64,000 nucleotides of DNA, taken from contig CM075988.1 of NCBI GenBank assembly GCA_038087875.1, forward strand, positions 27,716,001-27,780,000. The letters are read 5' to 3'. Position numbers and translations under genes: made by a program. The notes beneath the pieces were generated by a model. The model searched no databases, was not told the DNA's origin, and worked only from the letters and a program-made list of their open reading frames with translations. This DNA comes from Malacoraja senta. Its lineage: Eukaryota. This document shows, piece by piece, positions 1 to 11,690 of the stretch (positions within the stretch are counted from its first letter, which is position 1; each line of letters begins with the position of its first letter).

Positions 1-9
1 AGGCTGATC

Positions 10-1092
10 ATGGTGCAAATCAACTCTTATCTCGACAAAAACCTGGACTCACTGCAGTTCGCTTACCGCCACAACAGATCAACGGTGGATGTGATCTCAC
101 TGGCTCTCCACTCTGCTCTGGACCACTTGGACAACAAAAACTCATATGTCAGGCTGTTATTCATTGACTACAGCTCAGCATTTACTACCATCATCCCCTC
201 CAAGCTGGTTACCAAGCTCTCAGATCTGGGTCTCTGTGCATCCCTCTGCAATTGGATCTTTGACTTCCTCATTCAGAGACCACAGTCTGTCTGTATTGGT
301 GGAAATCTGTCATCCTCGATAACAATCGGCACGGGAGCACCTCAAGGCTGCGTGCTCAGCCCTCTGCTGTACTCACTCTATACTCATGACTGCGTAGCCG
401 GACATAGTGCGGACTTCATCATCAAGTTCGCAGACGACACCACTGTTGTGGGACGTATCACTGATGGGGACGAGTCAGAGTATAGAAGTGAGATCGACCG
501 ATTGACCAAATGGTGCCAGCACAATAACCTGGCTCTCAACACCAGCAAAACCAAGGAACTGATTGTGGACTTCGGAAGGGGTAGGATGGGGACCCACAGT
601 CCCGTTTATATCAACGGGTCGATGGTGGAAAGGGTCAAGAACTTCAAATTCCTGGGCGTGCATATTTCCAAAGATCTCTCCTGGTCCCAGAACACTGATG
701 CAATCATAAAGAAAGCACATCAGCGCCTCTACTTCCTGAGAAGATTACGGAGAGTCGGTATGTCAAGGAGGACTCTCTCGAACCTCTACAGGTGCACAGT
801 AGAGAGCATGCTGACCGGTTGCATCGTGGCTTGGTACGGCAACCTGAATGACCAGGAGCGGAAAAGGCTGCAAAAATTTGCAAACACTGCCCAGTCCATC
901 ATCGGATCTGACCTCCCTACCATTGAGGGGATCTATTGCAGTCGTTGCCTCAAAAAGGCTGCCAGCATCATCAAGGACCCGTACCATCCTGGCCACACAC
1001 TCATCTCTCCGCTGCCATCAGGTAGAAGGTACAGGTGCCTGCAACATCAAGGTTCAGGAACAGCTACTTCCCCACAGCCATCAGACTATTAA
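10..1092 (+). pseudogene. Non-LTR reverse transcriptase C-terminal region of the Rex1/Babar LINE
   Basis: Motifs [53 protein letters not shown]. The frame is open for 360 aa but drifts off the family C-terminus after GRRYRCL, implying a frameshift near 1040. Confidence 0.9.
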
Positions 1093-1163
1093 ACACAACT
1101 TCAAACAAACTGTGAACTATAACTGCCTATTGCACGTTATCTGTTTATTTATTTGTGTATATA

Positions 1164-2765
1164 CAGTGGCTTGCAAAAGTTTTCATACCCCTTCCACATT
1201 TTGTCACGTTACAACCACAAACGTAAATGTATTTTATAGGGATTTTATGTGATAGACCAACACAAAGTGGTGCATAATTGTGAAGTGGAAGGAAAATGAT
1301 ACATGGTTTTCAAATTTTTTGAACAAATAAAAAACTGAAAAGTGTCGCGTGCAAAAGTATTCAGCCCCCCTGAGTCAATACTTTGTAGAACCACCTTTCG
1401 CTGCAATTACAGCTGCAAGTCTTTTGGGGTATGTCTCTACCAGCTTTGCACATCACAATGTTTGCCCATTCTTCTTTGCAAAATAGCTCAAGCTCAGTCA
1501 GATTGGATGGAGAGCGTCTGTGAACAGTAATTTTCAAGTCTTGCCAGAGATTCTCAATTGGATTTAGGTCTGGACTTTGACTGGGCCATTCTAACACATG
1601 AATATGCTTTGATCTAAACCATTCCATTGTAGCTCTGGCTGTATGTTTAGGGTCGTTGTCCTGCTGGAAGGTGAACCTCCGCCCCAGTCTCAAGTCTTTT
1701 GCAGACTCTAACAGGTTTTCTTCCAAGATTGCCCTGTATTTGGCTCCATCCATCTTCCCATCAACTCTGACCAGCTTCCCTGTCCCTGCTGAAGAAAAGC
1801 ACCCCCACAGAATGATGCAGCCACCACCATGTTTCACAGTGGGGATGGTGTGTTCAGGGTGATGTGCAGTGTTAGGTTTCCGCCACACATAGCATTTTGC
1901 ATTTAGGCCAAAAACTTCAATTTTGGTCTCATCTGACCAGAGCACCTTCCTCCACATGTTTGCTGTGTCCCCCACATGGCTTGTGGCAAACTGCAAACGT
2001 CACTTCTTATGGCTTTTTTTCAACAATGGCTTTCTTCTTGCCACTCTTCCATAAAGTCCCGATTTGTGGAGTGCACGACTAATAGTTGTCCTGTGGACAG
2101 ATTCTCCCACCTGAGCTGTGGATCTCTGCAGCTCCTCTAGAGTTACTGTGGGCCTCTTGGCTGCTTCTCTGATCAATGCTCTCCTTGCCCGGCCTGTCAG
2201 TTTAGGTGGACGGCCATGTCTTGGTAGGTTTGCAGTTGTGCCATACTCTTTCCATTTTCGGATGATGGATTGAACAGTGCTCCGTGAGATGTTCAAAGCT
2301 TGGGATATTTTTTTATAACCTAACCCTGCTTTAAACTTCTCCACAACTTTATCCCTGACCTGTCTGGTGTGTTCCTTGGGCTTCATGATGCTGTTTGTTC
2401 ACTAATGTTCTCTAACAAACCTCTGAGGTCTTCACAGAACAGCTGTATTTATACTGAGATTAGATTACACACAAGTGGACTCTATTTACTAATTAGGTGA
2501 CTTCTGAAGGCAATTGGTTGCACTGGATTTTATTTAGGGGTATCAGAGTAAAGGGGGCTGAATACTTTTGCATGCGACACTTTTCAGTTTTTTATTTGTA
2601 AAAAAATTTGAAAACCATGTATCATTTTCCTTCCACTTCACAATTATGCGCCACTTTGTGTTGGTCTATCACATAAAATCCCAATAAAATACATTTACGT
2701 TTGTGGTTGTAACGTGACAAAATGTGGAAAAGTTCAAAGGGTATGAATACTTTTGCAAGCCACTG
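1164..2765 (-). mobile_element. Full-length Tc1/mariner DNA transposon, IR/DR type, Passport/Eagle/Glan-like
   Basis: TA|CAGTGGCTTGCAAAAG...CTTTTGCAAGCCACTG|TA with TA duplication at 1162-1163 and 2766-2767. About 205-bp TIRs with inner and outer direct repeats (GCAAAAGTATTCA-like). Length 1602 bp. Confidence 0.97.
1375..2386 (-). pseudogene. Tc1 DD34E transposase with one in-frame stop and one C-terminal frameshift
   Basis: Paired-like HTH with GRPPK, then WSDE, QQDND and NPIE (34 residues between the second D and E). ORFs 2000-2386 and 1361-1996 are the same frame, separated by TGA at 2000-2002. A small deletion near 1455 shifts the final [25 protein letters not shown] segment. Confidence 0.95.
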
Positions 2766-3059
2766 TATATATTCTATGGTATATGGACACACTGATCTGA
2801 TCTGTATTTATGCCCACAATATTCTGTTGTGCAGCAGCAAGCAAGAATTTCATTGTCCTATCTGGGACACATGACAATAATCTCTCTTGACTTGACTTGA
2901 CTTGAAAATCAAAAGAAAACTGCAGATGATGGAAATCTAAAACAAAGATATGCTGGAATATCTTTCACTTAAATCCTAGATTTATGGTAAGAGAAAAAAA
3001 ATTAATATTTCAAATCAGGGACCTTTCACCAGAACTGAAAAGTAATCAGAAGAAGTTTA

Positions 3060-3630
3060 TAAGTCATACAAGCAGAATTGGGCCAAATGGTCCATTGAGT
3101 CTGCTCTGCCATTCAATCATGGCTGATCTATCTTTCCCTCTCAACCCAATTCTCCTGCCTTCTCCCCATAACTTTTGACACCCTTACGAATCAAGAACCT
3201 GTCAATCTCTACTTTAAAGATACCCAAAGACTTGGCCTCAACAGCCGTCTTTGGCAATAAATTCCACAAATTCACCACTCTCTGGCTAAAGAAAACCATC
3301 CTCATCTCCTTTCTAAAAGTACATCCTTTTATTCTGTTGTGCCCTCGATCTAGATTCTCCCACTGGTGGAAACATCCTCTCTATATCCACTCTATTCAAG
3401 CCTTTCATTATTTGGTAAGTTTCAATGAGATTCCACCTCATCCTTCTAAACTCCAGTAAGTCAAACACTCACCATACGTAAACCCAATCATTCCCGGGAT
3501 AATTCTAGTAAACCTCCTCTGGACTTCTCCAATGCCAGCACATTCTCCTCAGCTGTGGGATGCAAAACTGCTCACTATACTCCAAATGCAGTCCGGCCAG
3601 TGCCTTATAAAACCTCAGCATTACATCTCT
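3060..3630 (-). mobile_element. Degenerate CR1-type LINE 3' fragment
   Basis: Similar to the better preserved copies at 14642-15180 and 51719-52920 (ccattcaatcatggctgatc, aattccacaaattcaccactct). Confidence 0.75.
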
Positions 3631-4428
3631 GCTTTTAGGGATTGCATCCCTCACTCGCTTGAAACTCGTAAAGCCACAGGGTGTGTGCGGGTGAAGTTGT
3701 CTCTGATAGGATCAGTGTGATCATGGGGATAGACTGTATATAAGACTATCTGGTCAGTGAGTGAATGCGAGCTGTTAGACTAAAGATGAACGTTTGTTTG
3801 TCTATATTTTCAATGTGCATGTTTTACAGCATTTATAACACTCTTAGACAGGTTTGGAATGATATGGACCACATGTAGGCACGTGGAACTGACTTGCTTG
3901 AGCAACTTGGTTGGCAAGGATTAGTTGGGCCGAAGGGACCTATTTCTGTGCTATATACCATTACTGTACAGCACAGAGCTATTCTATCTAACCTGCCAGA
4001 CAGTTTGTATGTGCATGTCATACACATTTTTAATATTTATTATTTTGAGAGTTCAATTAAATATTTCGATGGGATTTATTATTTACTGAAAATGCTTAAA
4101 ACAAGATTCTATCAACTCATTTTTTTAATACTTTTTAAAAATCTTTCCCTTTTTAAAATTTAGTTATTTTTCAAAGTGTACCCCCTCCATCCTCTCTTCC
4201 TAAAGTTGGAAAGATGCTTTGCTTCTAAACATATTTTTTTTCCTCACAACTGTTTGGCTCTTGCATTAGCTGTTTGAGTCATTTACCAGTGCTTCCTCCT
4301 TCACTATGAGGAACTGCTTAGCATCATATAGTTTTGCCGATTTAAGATCTGGAATTCAGAGTGTGGAGAATCACAGAAGCATATCCAGTATTCTGTGATA
4401 TAGTGTATTGATAAACTACACTGAATTG

Positions 4429-4520
4429 TCTGAAGAAGGGTCTCGACCCGAAACGTCACCTATTCCTTCGCTCCATAGATGCTGCCTCACCCGCTGAGTT
4501 TCTCCAGCATTTTTGTCTAG
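4429..4520 (+). ncRNA. Solo Penelope terminal module with an intact minimal hammerhead ribozyme core
   Basis: gt-CTGAAGA(4430-4436)-a-GGGT-ctcg-ACCC-GAAA-cg-TC(4456-4457)-acc. The same sequence forms the 3' end of the Penelope elements at 20720 and 47795. Confidence 0.75.
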
Positions 4521-4633
4521 CCTAGTGTTTTGATAATGTCTGTGCCAATCAGCTTAATTAACAAAAACAAAATGCACATAAATAAAATTCAGATTATTTT
4601 TCTTCTGTTAGATACACTTCAGCACTTATTTAG

Positions 4634-4673
4634 GTGAACAGCAGTGATGATGAGCTGAACATACCGGCTATAA
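4634..4673 (+). CDS. Candidate internal coding exon (40 nt) of an unidentified host gene: VNSSDDELNIPAI
   Basis: acttatttag|GTG...ATAA|gtatgc. Ends in phase 1 and joins in frame to the exon at 5327. Confidence 0.35.
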
Positions 4674-5326
4674 GTATGCTATTTTTAGGGGTTCATTGCA
4701 CATTTGAAATCAGTTACAGTGATTTGACTCCATTTTGATTACCTGCAAACATGAACAAAGGTTACAAATTATTTTCACACACATGTCAATTTTTAAATAT
4801 TCTTCAATATTTTGTCTATATTTATATTGTCAATAATTATAGCTTTTGATGATAGTGATATCTAGTTTAGCAGATTTTTGAAAAATACTTTATTTTGCAG
4901 ATTATTTTGTACATTTGTTGATATCAGAATCTGGTGTTTGTCTTTCTGGATATTGTTTGTCCCCAATTAAAAAAACAAATCACATTACATTTTTCTTTAA
5001 ATCATAATTATTTATTGGGATATGTAGTTAGAAAATATATACAAATGCAAAGACTGTGGAAAACAACCCTTAATGTTTCAAATTATATTAGATGCAACCA
5101 TAAATCAATGTGAGTTTAAAGGAGAGTTTATAAGAGAAATAGAGACCCGATGCAAGCAAGTACCAATTGAACTCTTGTGTATTGAATCTATTTAGGAATT
5201 CTGTTAGTGATTGTACTGTAGGTCAAAATTAGAGAACAAATCCCCCCAAAAAATCTTTAATTTGATGAGTGGCTAAATTTTTGTTTATTAACTGCACTAT
5301 CTTCAAACTTGATCCATGTTTTCAAG

Positions 5327-5392
5327 TAATTGAGAATGAACAGAAAGCACAGATATTGGGTCTTATGAAAGTATCCATGGAAAACCCAGCTG
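5327..5392 (+). CDS. Candidate internal coding exon (66 nt, phase 1-1): (I)IENEQKAQILGLMKVSMENPA
   Basis: catgttttcaag|TAATT...CCAGCTG|gtaaga, with a strong donor and an open frame in non-repetitive sequence. Confidence 0.4.
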
Positions 5393-5596
5393 GTAAGAAA
5401 ACAAAAAACTCAACAGGCCCTTCATGCCTGGCTGTAATTTAATATCATCTTGGATGATCTGTACTGGTACATTGCTTTACTATTGGCATCCTGCTCATTC
5501 CAAAATGGATATGCCAGAATGAAGACTGAAAGGTTAAAATGGTAGAGTACTGGAGTTATTAAGGGAGTGCAGCAGGATTTCATGGGGGGGGGGGGG

Positions 5597-6460
5597 GCTG
5601 GAGTAACTCAGCGGGACAGGCAGCATCTCTGGAGGCAAGGAATGGATGACGTCTCGGGTCGAGACCCTTCTCATCACTTGGTCCATTGTCTTTTTGTAGT
5701 TTGATATTCTTTCTCCATTTCTCACCATAGGCTACTCTGTATAAATTTACTGACACTTGCAGGCACTTTGGCAACATTTCCTCTCATCCTGCCGTCTGCA
5801 GAAACATTAGGTTTCACTGACTCCATTGAATTTGTTTAATCATTTGTTCTCTTCTTCCGGATCAGTGTTTTCAATGTCTTCTATTGTCAACCAGGATTTC
5901 CACTGCACCATGGTTTACCAGGGCATTGACTATGTTCTACCACTTGCACTCACTCTTTCACCGTAATCCTGGAACTTTGACATGGTTTGTCTTGTTCTCA
6001 CATCCCACCCGCCATGTCTCCATATTCAATGGATCAAGCACCAGTATGATGCTCGTACCAAATATATCTACATTCCTCCCATTACAATATTCTGACATGT
6101 CTTTTTTTCCATGATATCCTCTTTAATAATTCCAATACCCAATCCCTTAATAACACTGATACTCTTCCCTTTGTCATGAAATCTACCCATGAAAGCATAG
6201 GAAATGCATTACCTATAATATTACCTCTTCCCTTACAATCTTTGAGGACCATGAACACAACTTTGAGGTGAAAGTGATTTACTTGGAGTCCTTATTTATA
6301 TTTAATACAATGCATTAACTGATTATAATGTAGCTTCTAAACCGAGGAGACAAAACAGGAATTTTCCCTTTGGTCATTTTGTAAAACCCCAATTGTCTAA
6401 CCACCTATCATTTTAACCATCCTCCTTGCTACCACTTTAACCTTTAATTCCTCTTTCTTC
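5597..6460. mobile_element. Penelope terminal-module fragment (5597-5675, minus) followed by highly decayed Penelope-like sequence
   Basis: ctggagtaactcagcgggacaggcagcatctctgg matches the module, but its ribozyme core is broken. The downstream sequence weakly resembles the Penelope body at 46900-47500. Confidence 0.5.
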
Positions 6461-7824
6461 AATGCTCCATCATAGACTTTTTTTTCTTTCCTCTTTTTTC
6501 ACCTTTTTCAGGTTTTTAACTTGCTGAAAACCTAATGCATTTTTAATTTTCCAATTAAATTATAGATTTTTAATGTGAAACATTTACTGACAATTTCTCT
6601 TGTCAAAGATGAAGCCTGACACGCTGGGTATTTCAAGATGTGCTTGTTTTGTCCAAATATTACAGTGCTTACAATTACTTGTTAGATGTTACATAGAATA
6701 TGAATTTATTTAATTCATGGAGTAGATCAATTCTTATCCTGATATGTTGAGTTTTCAGTTATGCCAGCACCTTAATAACAATTTGTTGTTTGTGCAATTT
6801 TTTCTGAACAGGGAGTTATACCAGGTTCTCATCACAATTAATTTTCTAGATCAATTTCAGTTTATTAGCAGAGAGAATAATGAATTTTGCCCCACCCACC
6901 AACTTAATGAAATAGTATTTGAGAGGAGGAGGAACTTTATTATAATATATAATTGTATTTACAATTTAAAATTTAGATACAAATATTACATGGAAAGACA
7001 CTTGTATTTAGGGTCGAATTCCAAAGAAGGTAATATCCTCTGAAAACATGGTTTCCTGAAGTTTACCAAGACACCAAAATGTTTTACCAAAAATAGTTTT
7101 TCTTTGAATTTTGTGGTTTGTTGTTCCTATTTTCAGCTTGGGTTTGGAGACATTTGTAGATGCACAGTGGTTTGACCTATCTAAAGGATTTAAAATGTGT
7201 TTGGATAAATGTGCATAAAAACTTTGAAAAGATTGCTTGATCTTAGCAGTTGTGATGTGTTCATTCAGAATTTGGTTTGGTTAAAAATGATGTATTTAAT
7301 TTGCTCATTTGCCTTTTTCCTATTAAATTTAATACACATTAATCAGCTCTCTGTTTTTAGAAAAATCGTTTTAAAAGCATCCATAGAAGATGATTGAATA
7401 TTTATGAAAGTACACGTCTTCTTAAGGTATTTGCCTTTGTCATTGTATGAATTATATTTGTGAATTAAAATGTGTTTCTATACCATATTTGTATACATTT
7501 TAAAGCAAATCTTGTGTGAATTGGTTATTCTAAGTAACTGATGGCATACCATTTTTGTGATTCATGGTCTATTTTTAATTTGAGGGTGGACATTAATAGA
7601 TTTACCGAACAGTTACATTACTTTCATGACTCTTATTCATCTTTCCCCCTTGTTAATTTTTAAAAATGCCTCCATTAGCAACACTCACCTCTTTGATCCA
7701 GAATAAAGGTTGATATGCCTCTGCTTGTACAGCATTAAATGTACTCACTTGGAGATGCACAAGCAGACTCCAAAGGGATTTGCCTACTCATAAAATATGG
7801 GGTGAAAATTGAAAATTACATGCC

Positions 7825-8230
7825 AAAAAGGACGGACAGGTTGGGATAGTGGGAAGGGAAGTGGCAGATAGAATATAGTACAGCAACGTGTGGTCATGCA
7901 TTTTGGTAGTAGGAATAAAGACATAGACCTTTTCTAAATGTGGTGAGAATCCAGAAATCGGAGGTGCAACGGAGGCTTGGGAGTGCTGGTGCAGGATTCC
8001 CAAAAAGTTAATCTGCAAGTCGAATCAGTAGAAAAGAAAGCAAACTCAATGATAGCATTTATTTCAAGAGGATTTGTGTACAAAAACAGGGATGTAATGT
8101 TGAGGCACTATAAGGTGCTGGTAAGGCCTCATTTGAAATATTGTGAGCAATATTCGGGCACCATATCTGAGGAAGGATGTGCGGGCTCTGGAGAGGGTCG
8201 AGAGGAGGTTTACAAGAATGATCCCAGGAA
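7825..8230 (+). mobile_element. CR1-type LINE ORF2 fragment
   Basis: Translation LGVLVQDSQKVNLQV...KKANSMIAFISRGFVYKNRDVMLRHYKVLVRPHLKYC matches the CR1 post-RT region. Confidence 0.85.
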
Positions 8231-8528
8231 TGAGAATCAGAAAATTGCTGAGGTGGTGATTAGTGTTATGCAGTGTTCAAGAACCCAAAGGTTGCTGGGG
8301 AAAGAGCTGTTCCTGAAGCTGGTGGTCACAGTTTTCAGATTCGTGTCTTCCCAATGGTATTAGGGTGATTCTTCAGTAACTGTCCACTTTGGTGTCCCGC
8401 TACTTTGATGCTGTATAAAAGGAAAATCCATAATTCTATCCCATTTCTTCTTTTTCTATATTGCTAATAAACATAATCCCCATAAAGAACGATTAAACCC
8501 TAAATGAATAAGGTGTTATTTTTTAATT

Positions 8529-9603
8529 TGTTTCCCGATGTCTGATTCCCCCCCCCCCCCCCCCCCCCCCCCGGCCCCGGAAAACTGCATGTCCAGGTGG
8601 TTACTTGTGAAATTTCAAGTCGGCATATTTATTTAATGGGGGATCTATCTGAAATGAAAATACTTTTAAACGGTAGGTATTAATAATTTAAATATTTATC
8701 ACCCTTAAAAAAGAATCCTCTATTCTTGATAAAATTATAAATCTTACTGTTTTTTTTTCAAAACTGTCTTGTCCCGACGATTGGAGTAATTTACCGTCAC
8801 TCACCTCTGTTGAGCAATCCCTCATGGATTTAAATGGAACATATGCGCACTTCCTTCCTCAAAAGACCGCGGAATTCGAAAGTCCCCTACCTTGTGAATT
8901 ACCTCGTGGGATAAGAAGCTTGTGAAAACTCCGCTTTTTGCTGCATTATGGGTGAGTATCTTTAATGAGCGCCACCTCCGAACGGTGCTGAACTCTTAGA
9001 AAATAAAAAAAATATTTTTTTTTAAAATGTGGTCTGGAGAACAAATCGTGCCATGTGCCATTCGGGAATCGATATGGCCAGGGGGTGAAGAGGGCCGGGT
9101 GTGGAGAGGGACATCGGGTCACGGGAAGAGGCGACGGAGATGGCCGTGACGGACATGACAGATTAATACCTCCCGCAGCCGGCCTCAATGGCAAGGAGGA
9201 TAAGGTCCCCAGGTCTTCTCACCGGGCCCTTGTGCAGCGAATGCCTCCGTCCACTTCTCCCCCCCACTACCCCTCCCATTCCCAGTCCAAGGGAGTGTCC
9301 CTGCTCACCGGGAGTGTTCCGGCCCGTTAGTTCCGTTAGTTGATTCACGGGATAATTGCCATGACTCCTGTCCATGCACATAGTTTGCAGATGACATGAA
9401 TAACCCTAGCCCTAGCCCTAACCCTATCAAGAATAGAGGTATTTTTTTACGGGTGATAAATATTTTAATTATTAATACCTACCATTTAAAAGTATTTTCA
9501 TTTCAGATAGATCCCCTATTAAATAAATATGCCGACTTGAAATTTCACAAGTAACCATCGGGACATGCGGTTTTCCGGGGGGACATCAAACATCGGGAAA
9601 ACA
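8529..9603. mobile_element. Inner foldback element with about 180-200 bp inverted arms and TGT...ACA ends
   Basis: 8529-8731 (tgtttcccgatgt...ctctattcttgata) is inverted at 9426-9603 (tatcaagaatagag...acatcgggaaaaca). Confidence 0.8.
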
Positions 9604-9604
9604 T

Positions 9605-9915
9605 GGGGCTCGTCAGCCTGGGAAGGCAGTCCATCTAGGAGAGTGAAAACTCTGATTTAAGACCTCCACTGCCTTGTGGCCATATCCAGTCATGGAAAAG
9701 GCTCCTGGAGTAAACCTCAAGAAAATCCGGAGTCGGAGCCCCTAAGGCAGTTCGTCGTTGTCTACAACCCGGCTCTGGCAGCTCCTGCGACGGTGCTGGT
9801 GCCAAACTGTAATGGCCCTGCTGTTCCTTTGGATCGATCAGCGACGTGGAGAGGGGGACGTGCTGCATGGGCAACAGCCTGTCCTCCATATGACATCGCC
9901 CAGGCTTGCATCCGA
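9605..9915 (+). mobile_element. Probable RTE-clade LINE 5' UTR-derived fragment
   Basis: ggcagtccatctaggagagtgaaaactctgattt resembles, from memory, the 5' leader of fish RTE/Expander elements. No RT sequence is present. Confidence 0.4.
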
Positions 9916-9959
9916 CCACACATCACCTGCAAACCCGCAGACTTCGCTGTCCGGGTTGC

Positions 9960-10324
9960 CGGACACAGAGGAGGAAGGCAACCTTCATCCCCAGGGCTGT
10001 CCTGCTTTTTAATGCTGATCACTGACTCGAACATGTGAAGTGAAATGGCCTTCTATATGCACTTTCTGGTTGAAGCAGTAAGGAAGCACTTTAGAGGATG
10101 TTACTATGTGTTGAAGATTATTACTATGTGTTGAATGTAGATGTGCTGTGTGTGTTGTGTGATTGTGCAGTGTGTCTGTGAGATGCGTGTGTTGGTTGAT
10201 TGTGCAGTATGCGTGCTGCTTATGTTTGTTGATTGTGTCTCTTTTTTTTTAGAAGCTACTGTAATGCGCCCTTTTAAATTGCCCCTCGGGGACGAATAAA
10301 GTGCTTTGACTTGACTTGACTTGA
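9960..10324 (+). mobile_element. LINE 3' UTR fragment with a (CTTGA)n tail
   Basis: Ends gaataaagtgctttgacttgacttgacttga, the same tail type as the Rex1 element at 2886-2905. Confidence 0.6.
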
Positions 10325-11329
10325 ACTAGGATGCATCACCCATGGTCAGTCATGACCAAGGGGGGCCTACTGATTCATTTAGGGTTTAATCTTTATTAAT
10401 GAGGATTATGTTTATTAACAATATAGAAATAGAAGAAATGGGATAGAATTACGGATTTTCCTTATATACAGCATCAAAGTAGTGGGACACCAAAGTAGTT
10501 TCTGAAGAATCACCCTTTAGTCATCTCCGTCACATGACACTCCCGAACTTGACCATCTACATCACGCTGTCATATCCGTCACATGAGTATTTTATGCTCA
10601 TAATTTGTAAAATAAGACAATTACCATAATTATGAATTGTAATTGATAAATGAACCGTATGCTTCTGCCTATTCATCTGAAGTTAATATTGTTTTTGAGG
10701 AAGTGGGTGAAATGTTAGGTGACGGTTACCATTCTTGTTTAAAATCACCACTTTTTTTCGGCAGTAAACAGTTAAGAAGGTTTAAAATCAAAGCGTTAGA
10801 CTGAAAAAGTTTTTTTTAATGTTTTATTTGAGGAAGATACTCTAATTTGAAAGACTACGACAAAAAATTGATTTTATATTCTTAAATCAGTTATATTTTA
10901 CAGTTGTTTATCATAAAAATGCGATGAATATGACTGAATGCAATGGGCAACCTGGAAAAAGAAGAGGAAAAAATAAATTAAATTCTCTAAAAGATTGCGC
11001 CAAACATATTTTTCCCATAGTAGAGATGTTCATCAATGTGAAATAACATTCAAAGTTGCAAAAATTTAAGTTTTATAATCAGGTTTCCTGAAACTTCAAA
11101 GTAGACACTTACTGAGGTATCACCCATTAGCGAAATGACAGCGAGGCCAGGGTGGTGCAAGTCTTTTTGAAGTAGCACCACCTGTAAACAGCTTTGGTGA
11201 TGGGGAGGTCAGTACCTGTGATGGACTAGGTAATATCTACCACTCGCTTTTGCCTCCTTCATTCCTGGTATTATAGTTACCCAACTAGGCCCTGATGCAA
11301 ACAGTCAGTATGCTCTCTACTATACACCC

Positions 11330-11690
11330 TGGTGGTGGGATATATAGAATGAACTGCCAGAGGAGGTAGTTGCTACAGATACTATAACTACATTTAAAAG
11401 TCATTTGGATAGGTACATGGATAGGAAAGGTTTAGAGCGATGTGGGCCAGACACGAGCAAGTGGGACCAGTGAAGATGGGGCATCTTTGTTGGCATGGGA
11501 AAGTTTGGCTGAAGGGACCTCCCACACTCCAAAGACAAACAGATTTGTAGATTAATTGGCATCGATAAAATTGTAAATTGTCCCTAGTGTGCAGGATAGT
11601 GCTAGAGTGCGGGGTGATCGCTGGTCGGCGCGGACTCTGGGCCGAAGGGCCTGTTACTGCACTGAATCTCTTAAGTCTAAAGTCTGTCCC
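11330..11690 (+). mobile_element. CR1 3' end followed by the 3' half of an HE1-like V-SINE
   Basis: gaactgccagaggaggtagtt...ggataggaaaggtttagag (CR1), then cctcccacactccaaagac...ttaattggc...gggccgaagggcctgtt (V-SINE). Confidence 0.7.

Larger units (their letters stand above)
1..2905 (+). mobile_element. Rex1/Babar-clade LINE, 3' portion (5' end outside window); its 3' UTR is split by a Tc1 insertion
   Basis: RT ORF at 10-1092. The 3' UTR resumes after the Tc1 at 2766 and ends in AATAA plus a (CTTGA)4 tail at 2886-2905. Confidence 0.85.
8362..10516. mobile_element. Non-autonomous TIR element with about 145-bp inverted termini, carrying nested inserts
   Basis: AGGGTGATTCTTCAG...aaaccctaaatgaat (8362-8508) is inverted at about 10373-10516 (...CTGAAGAATCACCCT). 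TSD unclear, so superfamily unresolved. Confidence 0.8.

Noticed and set aside
4287..4348. Minus-strand exon-like segment (LKSAKLYDAKQFLIVKEEAL) with AG/GT ends
   Set aside because: No compatible partner exons found and no recognisable homology. Treated as chance, and a reminder that the + strand exon chain is tentative.
5640..5680. Additional module copies as active ribozymes (also about 18710, 21770, 30140, 31860, 33110, 49715)
   Set aside because: The CUGANGA or GAAA core is mutated or deleted in these copies, so they are counted as module remnants only.
9605..9915. Possible HDV-like ribozyme in the RTE-like leader
   Set aside because: I could not build the nested double pseudoknot by eye. 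It would need a descriptor search.
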